A DNA stretch of 64,000 bases from Chrysomallon squamiferum (taxonomy: Eukaryota > Animalia > Mollusca), in NCBI GenBank assembly GCA_012295275.1, contig CM022676.1, forward strand, positions 16,616,001 to 16,680,000. Direction: 5' to 3'. Every line of letters begins with the position of its first letter. Position 1 is the first letter of the stretch. A model generated the notes under the pieces. That model worked only from the letters and a program-made list of their open reading frames with translations. It ran no database searches and had not been told where the DNA came from. Positions 1-13,329 of this stretch are shown here, piece by piece. A program made the translations under genes and the position numbers.

Positions 1-736
1 ACATTTATTGATCTATAGTGTATATTATGTTTATAAACTCATTTTCTAACGGTTCTTCAATGTTTACCTAATTAGTGTCAGAAAATGAGGCCAACTACGC
101 ATCATAATGATTATGATTATGATTATTGTTAGTTGTAGTAGTAGTATTATTATCGTCACGATCATTTCCATTATTATATCATAGTATTTACTGATTATCG
201 TACCACAGTATCTTTGAAAGCAGTGTTCCACTAGCAGCTTTTGACACTTATTACATTTTCTGACTTTAAATTTATTATTATTATTATTTTTGATCAGACC
301 ATTGGCACAAAACGCCTGTATATCAGAACTTATTATTTATTTGATAATTTCATTTACTAATCCCAAAATAAAGTTGAATTATCTCATACTATTGACCTCA
401 GCGATTGTAAAAGAAGGGAGAGTACTACTTAACAGTTAAAAAAGTCATATGTCTGTGCACGGGTGTATCTGTATATAATTTCAGCTTTTCAGTACATTAA
501 TATGAGAAATATTAGTTGCCGATATTTATGGCAACACTAGAGATAGAGCGACATCTTTATTTTACCCAACTTTATGTTTATTACCGAATATCTGTTACAT
601 AATTTTCTTTACAGGGTAAATATCATATGTGAGTATGTACATGTTTGTTTGTTGTTTGTTTTTTTGCTCTTGTTTTTTATTAAATAAAACTTACTATTGT
701 TATTTACAGATCATATATAAAAAGTTATTATTTCAG

Positions 737-881
737 TACCAGTACGGTTAGTAAATGGAGGAGGAAAACCAACACAAGGTCGAGTTGAGATTCAAGTAAA
801 CGGGACGTGGGGAACAATCTGTGATGATGATTTTGATGAGAAAGATGCTTCTGTTTTATGTCACATGTTAGGATTTAGTCG
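737..881 (+). CDS. SRCR domain exon A (N-terminal half), copy in contig 1
   Basis: tttcag acceptor and gtaatt donor; 145 nt, phase 1->2. Translates as (V)[47 protein letters not shown], with the SRCR hallmarks VRL..G....GRVEI....WGTICDD.F...DA.VLC. Confidence 0.93.
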
Positions 882-1703
882 GTAATTTGTTTATTATATT
901 TGTATTTATTTATTTTTGTTATTTAATGAAATAAAATTCAAAAGTATTTTTACAGACATAGTAGATTCAGATATACTCACAACCAGAAGATAACGAATTG
1001 TTGTTCAAATACATTACACGCGAAATTCCTCTCGATGGAATTTTTCACATTTCAAATATGTTTGTAGGAAATAATGATAATTATAGTAGCTGTAGTATTA
1101 GTAGTAGTATTAGTAGTAGAAGTAGTAGTAGTAGTAGTAGTAGAAGAAGTAGTAGTAGTAGTAAATGTATATAATGCTGCTAAGTATATTTACACTATAT
1201 TAATGGTATTACTGTATCAAACATTGTCCATTAAAATTGTTTCGAAATAATTTAGAAAATAAGTATATTCTTCCGAAAACCTTAGAAATAAACGCACGTC
1301 TACAGAATACTTTTCCAAGAAATTTTTCATAATATTTATTTTATTCATTGTATTTACTTATTATACAAAAATAATAATAATAAGAAGACGAAGAAGAAGA
1401 AAGAAGAAGAAGAAGAAGAAGAAGAAGAAGAAGAAAAGGAAAAGATGAAGAAAACAAGAAGAATAAAGAAAAACACAAAAAATAGCAGTAATGATGATAA
1501 ACGATCGCATTTCATTTAGGATATTTAAACTATCTTTTTCAGTATCAACGCATTGTTTCATTAAACATTGTTGGAATCACATAGAAAGTAATAACTTTCT
1601 TCTCAAAACTTTGACACTAAAATGAGATGTGTTGAAGATGTTTAGTAAACCATGCTCTATAATACTCATTTCACTGTACATATTATTCATTTCTTTTTTG
1701 AAG

Positions 1704-1871
1704 GTTTAATGCAACATCATATCAAAGTGCTCACTTTGGACAAGGAACTGGACCAATATGGGTTGATGATCTGAGTTGTGATGGAGATGAAGACAGTGTT
1801 GAAAAGTGTTCATTTCGTGGCTGGGAAAACACAACTGTGTTCTGGGGAGGATGCTGGTATCAGCTGTCAAT
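1704..1871 (+). CDS. SRCR domain exon B (C-terminal half); 2 nt short, so frameshifted or an assembly error
   Basis: Reads [32 protein letters not shown]. It is 168 nt versus 170 nt for the intact copy at 49167-49336, and the frame is lost in the WGKHNCGH segment. Confidence 0.85.
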
Positions 1872-2685
1872 GTCAGTTTACATTTGACTTTTTATTTCAT
1901 TGTGTATCAATAACACAATGTTTTAACTTGCTGGCATCAAAATTATAATTCGTGTGTTTAATGGTGTTGTACTGAAGTGTGTATCTATCTTTATTTGCTT
2001 TTAGTAATAACTGAAACCAAAAAAATAATTAATAATATCAGGATTGGAAAAAGTAGTCAACTGAAAAGCTAGGTTTAAAAATAACCCTGAATTCATATGA
2101 GATATATTAATGTTGCAGTTATTCGTTATTAGTTACTTTTCTTGTTTGTTTGCTTGTTGTTGTTTATTGGTTTCCTTGTTTGACTGTTTGATTATTTGTA
2201 ATTCATGTAAGACTTAGCATAGGCATCAAAGCTAAACATATACCATTAAGCTGCTTATAACAGAGGAAACTCATCAGTGAACGTTTACAGATTATTCTTG
2301 TTGACTGGCGTATAAATAGGAAAATAAAGTTGGTAAGGGACGAAACAGCTTATATGAAATTTTCAGAAGAAATATATTATTAATCAATTACTAAATCGAT
2401 TTTCCTCAAAAGAAGAAATAAACATGAGAGTTACTGAAAATAACATCAGAAAAAACTTAATAATAAATAATAATAATAATAATGATAATAATAATGATAA
2501 TAATAATAATAATAACAATAATAATAATAATAATAATAATGGTCTTTAATAATTTTAAACACTAGCCTTCCTTCAGAAATGTAATGAAATTTGAAGAAAT
2601 CCACTATCGTAATGGTATTGTAAAATAGCATATGTAAACTGAACGTAAGTTTGGAATTTTATAGTATTTTGTTTATGTTTTTCAG

Positions 2686-2767
2686 TATGTCTCAGGGCTA
2701 GTCAATAGTGGAGGTATTTCAACACAGGGTCGAGTTCAGTTCAAACTTAACGATATATGTGGCACTA
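2686..2767 (+). pseudogene. Truncated relic of SRCR exon A
   Basis: ttcag acceptor followed by [23 protein letters not shown]-like sequence, which then runs into intron-type sequence. The same relic is at ~48281-48361 on the minus strand. Confidence 0.7.
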
Positions 2768-3400
2768 ATAAAGCTAAACTTAAATATTTGACACATTAAA
2801 ACTTTTAATTAATGCACTGATAAAGATTAATTGTCTGGTTCTGTTAATCATAATAATTGTCAATTATGCATAATATTTATAAAAAAAAAATAAAATAAAA
2901 AACGACTGTTAGTTCTATCAAAATAAAAGATCATGTCACTACTTTCTATGCTGATTACATTTAAAAGTAGAAAATACCTAATTTAAAAGAAAATGAATTA
3001 TTTCTTCAAAACGATTTATACTGTGTGTGTTCATTCAAAAGTACTAATAAAGTCAAACTTAAATCTTAGACCACTTTGAATTATCTGATCATATTTCAAC
3101 ATAACAATTTGCCAAATATGTACCGTATTACAATAATAAAAGCAGATTGTTATTTCTGAAAAAAATAAGCTTTACCACTATTTTCTATTCTGACTTTAGA
3201 TTTGCTAAATTAAAAATACTGAGAAAAACAGAGAAACATATGTATTTTAAAACGAGATCTTAGGCGTAAAGTGGTATGCAGTGGTGGAAGAAATTAAATA
3301 TTTTTGGAAAATGGAATAATAAACATCGGTGTGAATTATTATTTAATTAATTATATATTAACCATGGCTGTGTCAGTTCATATTGAAACCTTTCAGTATT

Positions 3401-3470
<70 letters not shown>

Positions 3471-3646
3471 TATTCTGTTTTCATTAAAATAACTATAATC
3501 AAAATCCTTGTTAATCATACAGATGTTCGATGTTGGTATTTATAACAGCGCCAAAGATATGACGGTGTCTGTATTATTCTTTTTTTTCTGAATAATTAGG
3601 CACTATTATAAATGACTGATCATATATAAACCTGTTATTATTTCAG

Positions 3647-3791
3647 TACCAGTAAGGTTAGTGAATGGAAGAGGAATACCAGCACAAGGACGAGTTGAGA
3701 TTCAAGTAAACGGGACGTGGGGAACAATCTGTGATGATGATTTTGATGAGAAAGATGCTTCTGTTTTATGTCACATGTTAGGATTTAGTCA
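3647..3791 (+). CDS. SRCR domain exon A, second copy in contig 1
   Basis: 145 nt AG..GT exon encoding [47 protein letters not shown] (overlaps ORF 3661..3945). Confidence 0.92.
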
Positions 3792-4166
3792 GTATCTATT
3801 TATTGCATTTTGTATTTATTTATTTTTTTTGTTGTTTTATAGACGTAGTAGATTCAATTTTACTCACACAAACATAAAGATAATTAATTGTTCTTCAAAC
3901 ATATTATACAATGAAATTCCTCTTGATGGATGTTCAACATTTTAAATATGTTTGTAAGAAATAATGATATTTGTAGTAGTTGTAGTATTAGTATGCATTA
4001 CTAGTAGTAGTAGTAAAATGTATTATAGTTTTCTTTGATTATATTTACACTTATATTAATGGTATTATTATATATCAAACGTCAGGCATTAAATTTGTTT
4101 AGAAATAAATTCTATAAAATAAAATATATTCTTCCGAAAACCTTAGAACTAAATGCACGTCTGTTG

Positions 4167-4366
4167 NNNNNNNNNNNNNNNNNNNNNNNNNNNNNNNNNN
4201 NNNNNNNNNNNNNNNNNNNNNNNNNNNNNNNNNNNNNNNNNNNNNNNNNNNNNNNNNNNNNNNNNNNNNNNNNNNNNNNNNNNNNNNNNNNNNNNNNNNN
4301 NNNNNNNNNNNNNNNNNNNNNNNNNNNNNNNNNNNNNNNNNNNNNNNNNNNNNNNNNNNNNNNNNN
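4167..4366. other. Assembly gap (200 N)
   Basis: Fixed-length N run typical of scaffolding joins. Confidence 0.99.
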
Positions 4367-4624
4367 CGACAAGAAATGCAGTACAGGTATTTTTTTCATA
4401 AACACTCAGTTTTTACTAGTACATATTTACTTGTACGTACTTACGTTGTTGTAAGATCAGAATCGTATATTTAGTTATTTCTAAAAAATATCAGTGATTA
4501 AATTTTTGAAATGTCTTAGTGATACATCAAGAAGGAAAGCAGTATAGTTGTTATTTATTTATTCACTTATTTATTTATTTATTTATTTCTATATTTATTT
4601 ATTTATTCATTCACTTATTCATAG

Positions 4625-6496
4625 CTGCTCAGTAAGGCTCAAGGTTTGTGGTCAGGTAAGATTCTGGAAGGCACCGTCTCACTTGACAGCTCAGTAGGAA
4701 AAAGTTCACAGTTTTTGATGACGTATCAGAAATCTAAGCCCAGTGTGGAATTAATCTCACCGTCAGGTCGCCTCTATAACAAACTTTACCCCGGTATATT
4801 CTTGTGACGATGACTTGAAACTTGTGAGAATAGAAATACCAGGTATAGCAGAGGTAAGAAATACAGACAGATATAATCAGCAGTAGAAGTATCAATGTCG
4901 TCATCAGTACTCTGATTGCTATCACTCATCTCGATAATTAAGAGTACTCATAAAATACAATTTTGATATTTCGACAACAACAACCCCATACTACATCTAT
5001 TACTAGTAATGTTATTGTAATAATAATAATAATAATAATAAACATAATCAGAATCAGGATAATAATAACGACTTGAGAAAAGTTAAAATAAATATTAAAT
5101 TTAGAATTATTAATAATAAAGTTATGTTTTAAAACATATTTTCGTGTGTGCATGTGTGCGTTTTTTCTATTTGCGATATGTATATCTCAATATATTACCA
5201 TTCGTGAATGTTGATTACATAACGCATTGTGTCCTCTTTTCCCAGGAAGGTGTATGGAAATTTCGAATCACGAACAGAGACAAGAATTTTCAGAAGGTGT
5301 GTCTCCTGGTAACGTCAAAAGCAGTGAATCCCCAGTTGTCTTCAATACGCGTAGAAGCAGCCGTGTCGCCTGTCAATGTCACGTGGCCACCGGAAGTGAT
5401 CGTGTACGCGGAAGTGACGCAAAACGGCCATCCTGTGACTGGACTGAGTGTGACCGCTGTTATAGACAGACCGTTTGCTGACCCTTGTGAAATGTCGCTG
5501 TTTGACAACGGAGCAGGTTGCAGCAGCAGTTTTTAAATTAATTAACTTCTATAAGTTGACGTCATTCACTTTGCTTCTTTTTCCTCTTCTTCTTTTTCTA
5601 GTAGTTAACACAGTCTATTAAGGTAAAGTCAGTTGTCGTTATAGTAAACAGAGTAAATACAGAAATTTCAATTATTGTTCTTCTTATTATTATTACTACT
5701 TTATACTTTTAATTTTACTTTTATTTGGTCGAATTGATTTTTTATTATATATATACATGTTTTAATTCATGTGCGGACATTACTAAAGACGATGGAGTGT
5801 ATTCACGATATTTCACGAATTACACCGGAAACGGCCGATACAGCGTCCGAATCGAAGTGACTGGTCAAGGTGTAGTTAAGCGATACAGAAATTTAGTGAA
5901 CAGTGCCTCATCTAACACATTTAACAGAAGTAAATTTATTTATTTATTTGTTTATTCATTTATCTATCTATTTTATCCTAATTCTGTCTATTTTTGCTGT
6001 CTTCTGCAAACTAACATATGTGATTATTTGAAGAGATTAACGAATTAACCAAAATGTTTGAGTATTAACATATTATAAAAGCATCTTAATTTTATGTTAC
6101 TGTTATGTAATACAAACAGCTGCCAGCTGCAACTACTACAGCTTATTTTGCTACTATTAATAATGTTAATATTACTACTTCTACAGCTCCTAACTCCATC
6201 CTAACTACTAACTCTACCATGATTAATTAAAACCTTAAAACATTAACTGCTGTTTACACTATTCACACATTTAACACACAAAACTGTGTCGTGAAGCGGT
6301 ACAAAACTTTGATAATAATTTTAACAAAAGTAAATTTATTAACTTATCGATTTAACTATTTTATCTTTTTTTTCGTCTATTTTTGTTAAATAAAGTAAAA
6401 AAAGAAAACTACTACTACTACAACTTCTACTACTACTACTACTATTACTACTACTACTACTATCACTACAACTACTACTAATACTAATACTACCAC

Positions 6497-6547
<51 letters not shown>

Positions 6548-6711
6548 TAACTGAATTGTGTCCTCTTTACTTGAACAGATGTTGTTTACTTTATATTGTG
6601 AATAAAACTTACATTTTATCGCTCAATCAGTAACGAAATAATACTCAAGGAAAATGCAATATTATTTAATTTTTTATTTTGGTCATTTCCGATATATTCA
6701 TTTGGTCACAT

Positions 6712-6742
<31 letters not shown>

Positions 6743-7512
6743 CACACACACATTTTTAATACCATGATTAATTAAAACTTTAAAACATTAAGTGCTGTTT
6801 ACACTATTCACACATTTAACACATAAAACTGTTTAATTCTTCATGTACAACTTACACAGAATCTTTCACGTGGACACCTTTGACTTCTGCAATAAACCGG
6901 GTTGTCACAGGAGGCGTGTTTGAATTTCGACACCCCAACGTGAGCGGGTCACTGCAGCCTTTCAGTGACCAGCTTCTCCTGCTTGACCAGCTCTCCCCTG
7001 GTCGAATCACGGACCTCAAGGTGATGAAAACACGTCACAAAGACAACACAGTGCTGTTGTCGTGGACGGCGCCTGGGGACGACTTTGATGCTAACACTGG
7101 TAAGAGCAACACACGTACACTATGTGTCTGTGTGTGTGTGTCTGTGTGTGTATGTCTGTGTGTCTGTGTGTGTATGACTGTGTGTCTGAGAGACAGAAAG
7201 AGAGAAAGTGCAAGTGAGACAGTGGAACACTCAGGGAAGGGGAATGTTTGAGTCTCAGATCGACCCAATTAGCGCGGTCGAATTTCACATTTCTACATAC
7301 AATTTTTCCTGATATATTATTTTAGTTCTTTCTTTCTTTGTGTCTCTCTTTCTCTGTATCTCTCTATCTTTCTTTCTCTTTCTCTGTGTCTCTCTCTGCC
7401 TCTCTTTGTCTCTGTCTCTTGTCTCTCTCTGCCTCTCTTTGTCTCTGTCTCTCTCTTTCTCTAACTCTTTCACGTATTCACACTGATACAGCAACTCAGA
7501 ATGAAATAATGA

Positions 7513-7606
<94 letters not shown>

Positions 7607-8097
7607 GTATTCACTCTGTTACAGCAACTCAGTATGAAATAATGACCGCGCCCACTGCAGATGATCTTCTGTCGAGACGCTCCAGCTGTAAATTTATTAG
7701 GCAGGATGACGTCACAGCAGGAAACCTGCGTTCACCTCAACCTGCAGGATCCATCGAAATGTTTGCGCTTAAAATGAAACGAGGCAAAAACGCCAACGCT
7801 AGTTTTGTTTTCACCATCCGTGCCTTAGACGACGTGGGCCACGTTGGTGACTTCTCAAACTTCGCCACGGCGGGTTTCGGTTTCGTTCCTGATTACGTGG
7901 ACCCGGCATACTCGGAAATAGTTCAACATCCGGTAGCGCAGGAAGCGACGCTTTCCAACAGTGAGAAGATTGTAATAGCGTCTGTCGTTGGTTCTTTCAC
8001 AGTCTTGCTGGCTCTTGTTATAATTGTTTCTTTCTTTCTCTACATTTGTTCTCGAAAATCATCAGAGTCACTCAGTGACAAAAGCCTTGCAGTTTAA
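4625..8097 (+). CDS. CLCA: Calcium-activated chloride channel regulator (CLCA) family, last five exons: 4625-4853, 5246-5516, 5771-5929, 6860-7099, 7625-8097
   Basis: CLCA motifs: GTVSLDSSVGK...IPGIAE|EGVWK, IVYAEVTQNGHPVTG, LFDNGAG|ADITKDDGVYSRYFT, PGRITDL, LSWTAPGDDFD, an FN3 domain with F.IRALDD.G...DFSN, and a C-terminal TM (IVIASVVGSFTVLLALVIIVSFFLYIC). AATAAA repeats follow the stop. Two lesions: one extra base near 4790 and a CAT instead of CAG acceptor at 5768-5770. The 5' exons are absent after the gap. Confidence 0.9.
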
Positions 8098-8606
8098 TAA
8101 ATAAATAAATAAATAAATAAATAAGTAAATAAATCAGTAAAAACAAAAATAAATAAATACACGTGAAATATTGTAAAAGATTACAAATTAATATCTATTC
8201 CTATATATTGAAATATTATTAAGCATAAGACTTTATTCCTGCAGATTCACCGATTAATAAATATTGTTTATTATTCTGTGATATTAACGGATTTATCAAC
8301 ATGAGCTATTACTTATTACCATTTAGATTAATTGCTTAATAAACGTTTTCTTTATTAATCCTAGATACTGATGAATTATCGAACATTTCATAGTAATTAG
8401 AGAGACTGACAGAACATTATGAAATACTCGCACGACTAAATGATGAATTAGTATTTGTGAATATTTGAAGAGATTAACTGAGTAATGAATAAAATAAGGC
8501 TGTGCTAACTTTTTATTTTTGTATTAGTAAATTTTAAACAAGATTGTGTAGATGCAAAGAGTTTTTCTTGTCTAACATTCAGTTTGACAGAATTTTTAGT
8601 AAACTT

Positions 8607-9806
8607 TCACGTAAACCCAGCAAACATTTGAAAATTGTAGTTAGAGTTTATCAGATCAGTTAGCACTTTGTTTTCAGAGTTTGCCCACATCGGGGGTCGA
8701 ACCGCCGACCAGCTGGTCCTTCCAGAATTTCTACAGTTAGTATTCCACCTCTTCTGTGAACCGTGGACTATTTCTTGTTTTCCTTTCACAATCGAGAAAT
8801 CTGGAGGAAGTTCTGGGCATCTATAGTAGACTGAGTCAACGGGATAAACGTATTCTTCACTAACATTTAACGTAACAGGGCGGAATTTTCTTTCGGAGGT
8901 AGAATTTAAATGTTTCGGTCCTGTTTTACGAATAACACACTTGTCCGAGTGCAATGTAGAAACAGCCGGTTCTAAATTTATCCTTGAAGTATCAGAAGAG
9001 AGGGAACTGCTAGAAGTAAATTCATCAAATCCGCTAGAAAAAGATGACAAACTAGAATGTCGTCTTACGTTTTGTAGTTTAGTTCTGTCTGTTGCATCTG
9101 TAGTACTGGTTCGCTGTGAACTGCGGTTAGATTTACACACAAAGAATGTATCAGATTTTAATACAGCAGGGGTAGATAACTCTGAGAGATTGTTACTGCT
9201 AAATTCATTCTCGAAAGTGTTTACTTTGTTACGAAGTGGAAATATCATTGACTTCTGGGATTCATTTGCATCTTGTCTGAAAGACTTTCTCAGTGATCGT
9301 TTCTTACACCAGGCGGCGTTGTAGAATTGAGTTTTTCTAGAGCTATAGCTTCCGCTTTCTTTCGACGATCCAGACACGAGAAATTTTGACAACTCCCCGG
9401 CTCCACTGAGATCAAACTCGTACCACGGTTCATCGTAATCTTCATCACTGAGACACGGAGTTCTCTCCCTTCTCAACACTGTAGGAATGTTCTGCCGTCC
9501 ATCTTGACTTCCTTGTATTTGTTCTCGTTGTTTTATATTTGTACATTTTTCTTCAAGTGGGCGTCTGTCTTTTAATATTTGGTTTTGCCTTTTCCCCACT
9601 TTTTTGACTTTGCACAAATTCTCTTTATTTGCACTGGGTAGCAAATCTTCATCTGTGACGTCATCGATTACGTCATATATATGATAAGGATCTTCTTCCA
9701 GGATGCTGGGAATTAGATCAGCAGTCTTTAGAATTTCTTTCGATTTCGATTTTTTGACATTTTTTCGTTTCTTCATCCATCGCCACATTCTGTTTCGGTA
9801 TTTCTG
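8607..9806 (-). CDS. Uncharacterised Ser/Lys-rich, probably disordered protein with several Tyr motifs (single large terminal exon)
   Basis: About 400 open codons in otherwise stop-rich DNA. ttcttttcag acceptor at 9807-9816 and AATAAA on the minus strand near 8510. Motifs HIYDVI, EDYDEPW and EYVYP. A possible upstream exon (MAATILRSKHFK, ~11735-11770) has only a weak donor. Confidence 0.75.
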   Translation of the reverse strand, partial: QKYRNRMWRWMKKRKNVKKSKSKEILKTADLIPSILEEDPYHIYDVIDDVTDEDLLPSANKENLCKVKKVGKRQNQILKDRRPLEEKCTNIKQREQIQGSQDGRQNIPTVLRRERTPCLSDEDYDEPWYEFDLSGAGELSKFLVSGSSKESGSYSSRKTQFYNAAWCKKRSLRKSFRQDANESQKSMIFPLRNKVNTFENEFSSNNLSELSTPAVLKSDTFFVCKSNRSSQRTSTTDATDRTKLQNVRRHSSLSSFSSGFDEFTSSSSLSSDTSRINLEPAVSTLHSDKCVIRKTGPKHLNSTSERKFRPVTLNVSEEYVYPVDSVYYRCPELPPDFSIVKGKQEIVHGSQKRWNTNCRNSGRTSWSAVRPPMWANSENKVLTDLINSNYNFQMFAGFT

Positions 9807-9955
9807 CTGAAAAGAAGAAAATGTAATGTATACAAAATCTTTATATTGCAATTAATGATAGTAATAACAAGGACAACAACACCTGTAAAATAAAAAAAAA
9901 ATAAAAAAAATAATAAAAAAATAATATAAATAAAAAAATAATATAAATAACTAAA

Positions 9956-9988
<33 letters not shown>

Positions 9989-10423
9989 CACTACTACTAC
10001 TACTACTACTACGACTGATAATAATACTACTATTACTAATAATAATAATAGTAATGAGATAAACTACTTTTCGAAACTGTGCACGGAACATTTACTTATG
10101 CAAACCCAATAATGGAGCCAAGTAAAATATAAAATATACACAACATGTTACTTTCTAATTAAAGATGAAATAAATTTTCTTCTTCTGTTGTGTATTTTGA
10201 TAAGTTCTCTTATCCGAATATTAATTCAAAATATCGGATTATTTTGTCTGTCCTCGTTTTATTTTATTATTATTGTTATTATTATTATTATTAGTATTAT
10301 TATTTTGTGTTTCTATTTTAGAAACAGTAGTGAAAAGCTAAGCATCACGTTTAAGCTTGTAGCAGTTAATTAGAAAACAATCAGTTGTTTGCATTCGTAC
10401 TCAAGTGATTCCAATGTCTACTG

Positions 10424-10618
10424 CGTATTGAACTAGTACTGAGTAGACTAAAGTCTGACTGGTGTAAACTGATACTACTTTTATCGACTAACACGATCAT
10501 GTATCATATGTTTTCTGTTCTTGTCTTTTTTTTCTCTGTTGTAGGCTAAATGTAGTTATATATACGAAAATATTCAAACACTTCTCAGTGTCGCTCTTGG
10601 TTTCTTCGTCGTCTTCTT

Positions 10619-10679
<61 letters not shown>

Positions 10680-11308
10680 ATATTATTCTTAATAATACAA
10701 GTTCTGTTGATGTATAATAAAAGTTGAAAAAGGATAGAGAGGGAGGCAGATTTATACAGTACCTTACCTTTCCATTAAGTAAGAAACACTAAATCATTTC
10801 CACATACCTCAAATCAGAACAATAAATGATGACAATTGTTGCAATATTTCACGTCAAGTCAAAGATAAATTCACCAAATTTTCTGTGTAATTCACTGTTA
10901 ACCAAAACAACTCTCAGACTTATATTTAAACTTTTGTTTTAGAAATGAACAAATCAGAGGGAACTTTACTTACACCCCGGTAATCACTGCCTGCAATAAT
11001 ATTACGTAATCTTCATATATTCGTATTGAACTAGTACTGAGTAGACTAAAGTCTGACTTGTGTAATCTGAAAATACTTTTATCGACTAACACCAGCATGT
11101 ATCATATGTTTTCTGTTCTTGTTTTTTCTTTTCTCTGTTTGTTTCAGGCTAAATATATTTATATATACGAAAAGATTCGTGATTGTGGGAATAATGTGGG
11201 AAAAGTAACTATTTAATTTTCTTAAACATCATCTAGCAGTATCATTAACATCAAATCCTTCTCAGTGTCGCTCTTGGTTTCTTCTTCTTTTTCTTCTTAT
11301 TCTTTTAC

Positions 11309-11344
<36 letters not shown>

Positions 11345-11353
11345 GATTATTAC

Positions 11354-11407
<54 letters not shown>

Positions 11408-11732
11408 TAATAATACACGTACTGTTGATGTATAATAAAAGATGAAAAAAGAGAGAGGGAGGCAGAGATTTATCTTACCTTTCCATTATGTAAGAAAAAC
11501 TAAATCATTTCGACTTACCTCAAATCAGAAGAATAAATGTATTTCGTGTGCAGTCAAAAATAAGTTCATTCAATCTCAAATAAACTTACTGAGTCTTGTG
11601 TGTCAATCACTGTCAATCAAAATTAACTCTCAGACTTATATTTAAACTTACTTCTTTTTATTTTAGAAATCAACCAATCAGAGCCAACTTTACTTACACC
11701 CAGCCAATCACTGCCTACAATAATATTATGTA
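10424..11732. repeat. Diverged tandem duplication of ~600-700 bp (10424-11010 and 11022-11732)
   Basis: Both copies start cgtattgaactagtactgagtagactaaagtctgact and end ...aatcactgcct(g/a)caataatatta(c/t)gtaa. Confidence 0.88.
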
Positions 11733-12238
11733 ACCTTAAAATGTTTACTCCTTAATATTGTCGCCGCCATTTGTTTTTCTACGTTTACAAATGTCGGCGA
11801 ACATGAAAGGTGATTTCGGTGAAGGTCAAAGACAATGAGTGAGATTAAACGTGGCTAGTTAATTGACACGTTTTTGTAAGAGTTTAGTTATTCTGGCTTT
11901 GTGTTTTTCAAATTCTCGCAGTTATTACACTCTTACACCGAGGCCTTATATATGACCTAATTTGTGTCCCCTTTTTACTACTTGTTAATCTATAATTCAA
12001 GAACCATTTTCTTAAACGAAAAGGTTATTCTCACAAAAAATAAAAAATAAATAAATACATAAATAAAAGAAAAAAATATATATAAAATAATAATAACAGC
12101 CAGAAGAAGAGGAAGAAAGATAAGAAGAAGATTTTCTTTAATTAATGACAGCACAGAACCAAAGAAAAATAAGAATAATATTTAATATATGTATGTATGT
12201 TTGTATATACGTATATACGTATGTATATATGTATGTAT

Positions 12239-12271
<33 letters not shown>

Positions 12272-13329
12272 TGTCTTTAGTAAAGAAGTTGTAACATCAG
12301 AAAAACATTATTACCGTTCAGTATTTTGTTTCTGTTGCAGAGTTTTGAAGTACAGCAATTAACACACGTCTTAATTGTTTTAAGAAGCATTCACTTATGT
12401 TAATTAAATATTTTAAAACTCAACACTTATTATTTCTTTGATCTCTTTGTTCAGTTAATTTCGCTATTCGTTGTGAATCAGACGTTGTTTAGCTTTGTAA
12501 AACCAGATCTCAGTAAATCAAACATCACAATCATAACAATGACAATGGATTTATTATCATATGGTGTATGATCACAATTAACATGAATTGTTATGTTCTT
12601 GTACATTTTAATTACATGATAAAACTGACATTTCAAGGAAATTTTATATTATATATTGTAGTTACTGTATTATTAATGCGCTTCAAAAATATAATATTTG
12701 TTCATTTTAAAATTAATTAATATTCAGTATTAACTTACATATTCTATTTTATCATCTGAATATTACCTATCTACGTCTGATTAGATTCTGCACACAGAAT
12801 ATTCGAGAACGCATTCGCACAGATTAATGGATAGAAATAAACAGAGAAACATACCAACGAACAGGAAAAATAGGTAAGTAGGAATATTGAAAGAAAGATT
12901 TAATGATTGAGAAAGAAAGAAAATAAGACAGAAACAGAAAACACAACAAAAGAAAACGAGCATTAATAATGACAAAAATGCTACTGCTGCTACTACTAGT
13001 ACAACTGATAGTACTAATATTAATATTAGTAATATTAGTAGTTGTAAATAGTAGTAGTAACAATAGAAGTAGTAGAATGTTTCTAGTAGTTTTAATATTG
13101 GTAAGGATAGTATAAATAATAATAGTACTAATAGCAGAAGTAGTAGTCGTAATACTAATTTTAATAGACTATTAAATATTTCAGGTGTATGAATAGTAGT
13201 AACAGCAGTAACAGTGGTAATAGTAGTACTAGTAGTAGTAGAAGTAGTTAATGTGGTACTAGTAATAATGGTTGTAGTAGCTGGGATAGTAGCAGCAGCA
13301 GTAGCAGTAGTAGAGATTATGAATATTCT

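Larger units (their letters stand above)
1..3790. repeat. Near-identical inverted copy of ~47258-51035 (segmental duplication or allelic haplotig)
   Basis: Base 1 onward (acatttattgatctatagtg...) is the reverse complement of the sequence ending at 51035. Introns, microsatellites and exons stay colinear, diverging near the second SRCR-A exon. Confidence 0.9.

Noticed and set aside
4035-4454. ORFs spanning the N gaps (also 55731-56135)
   Set aside because: Artefacts of translating through Ns.
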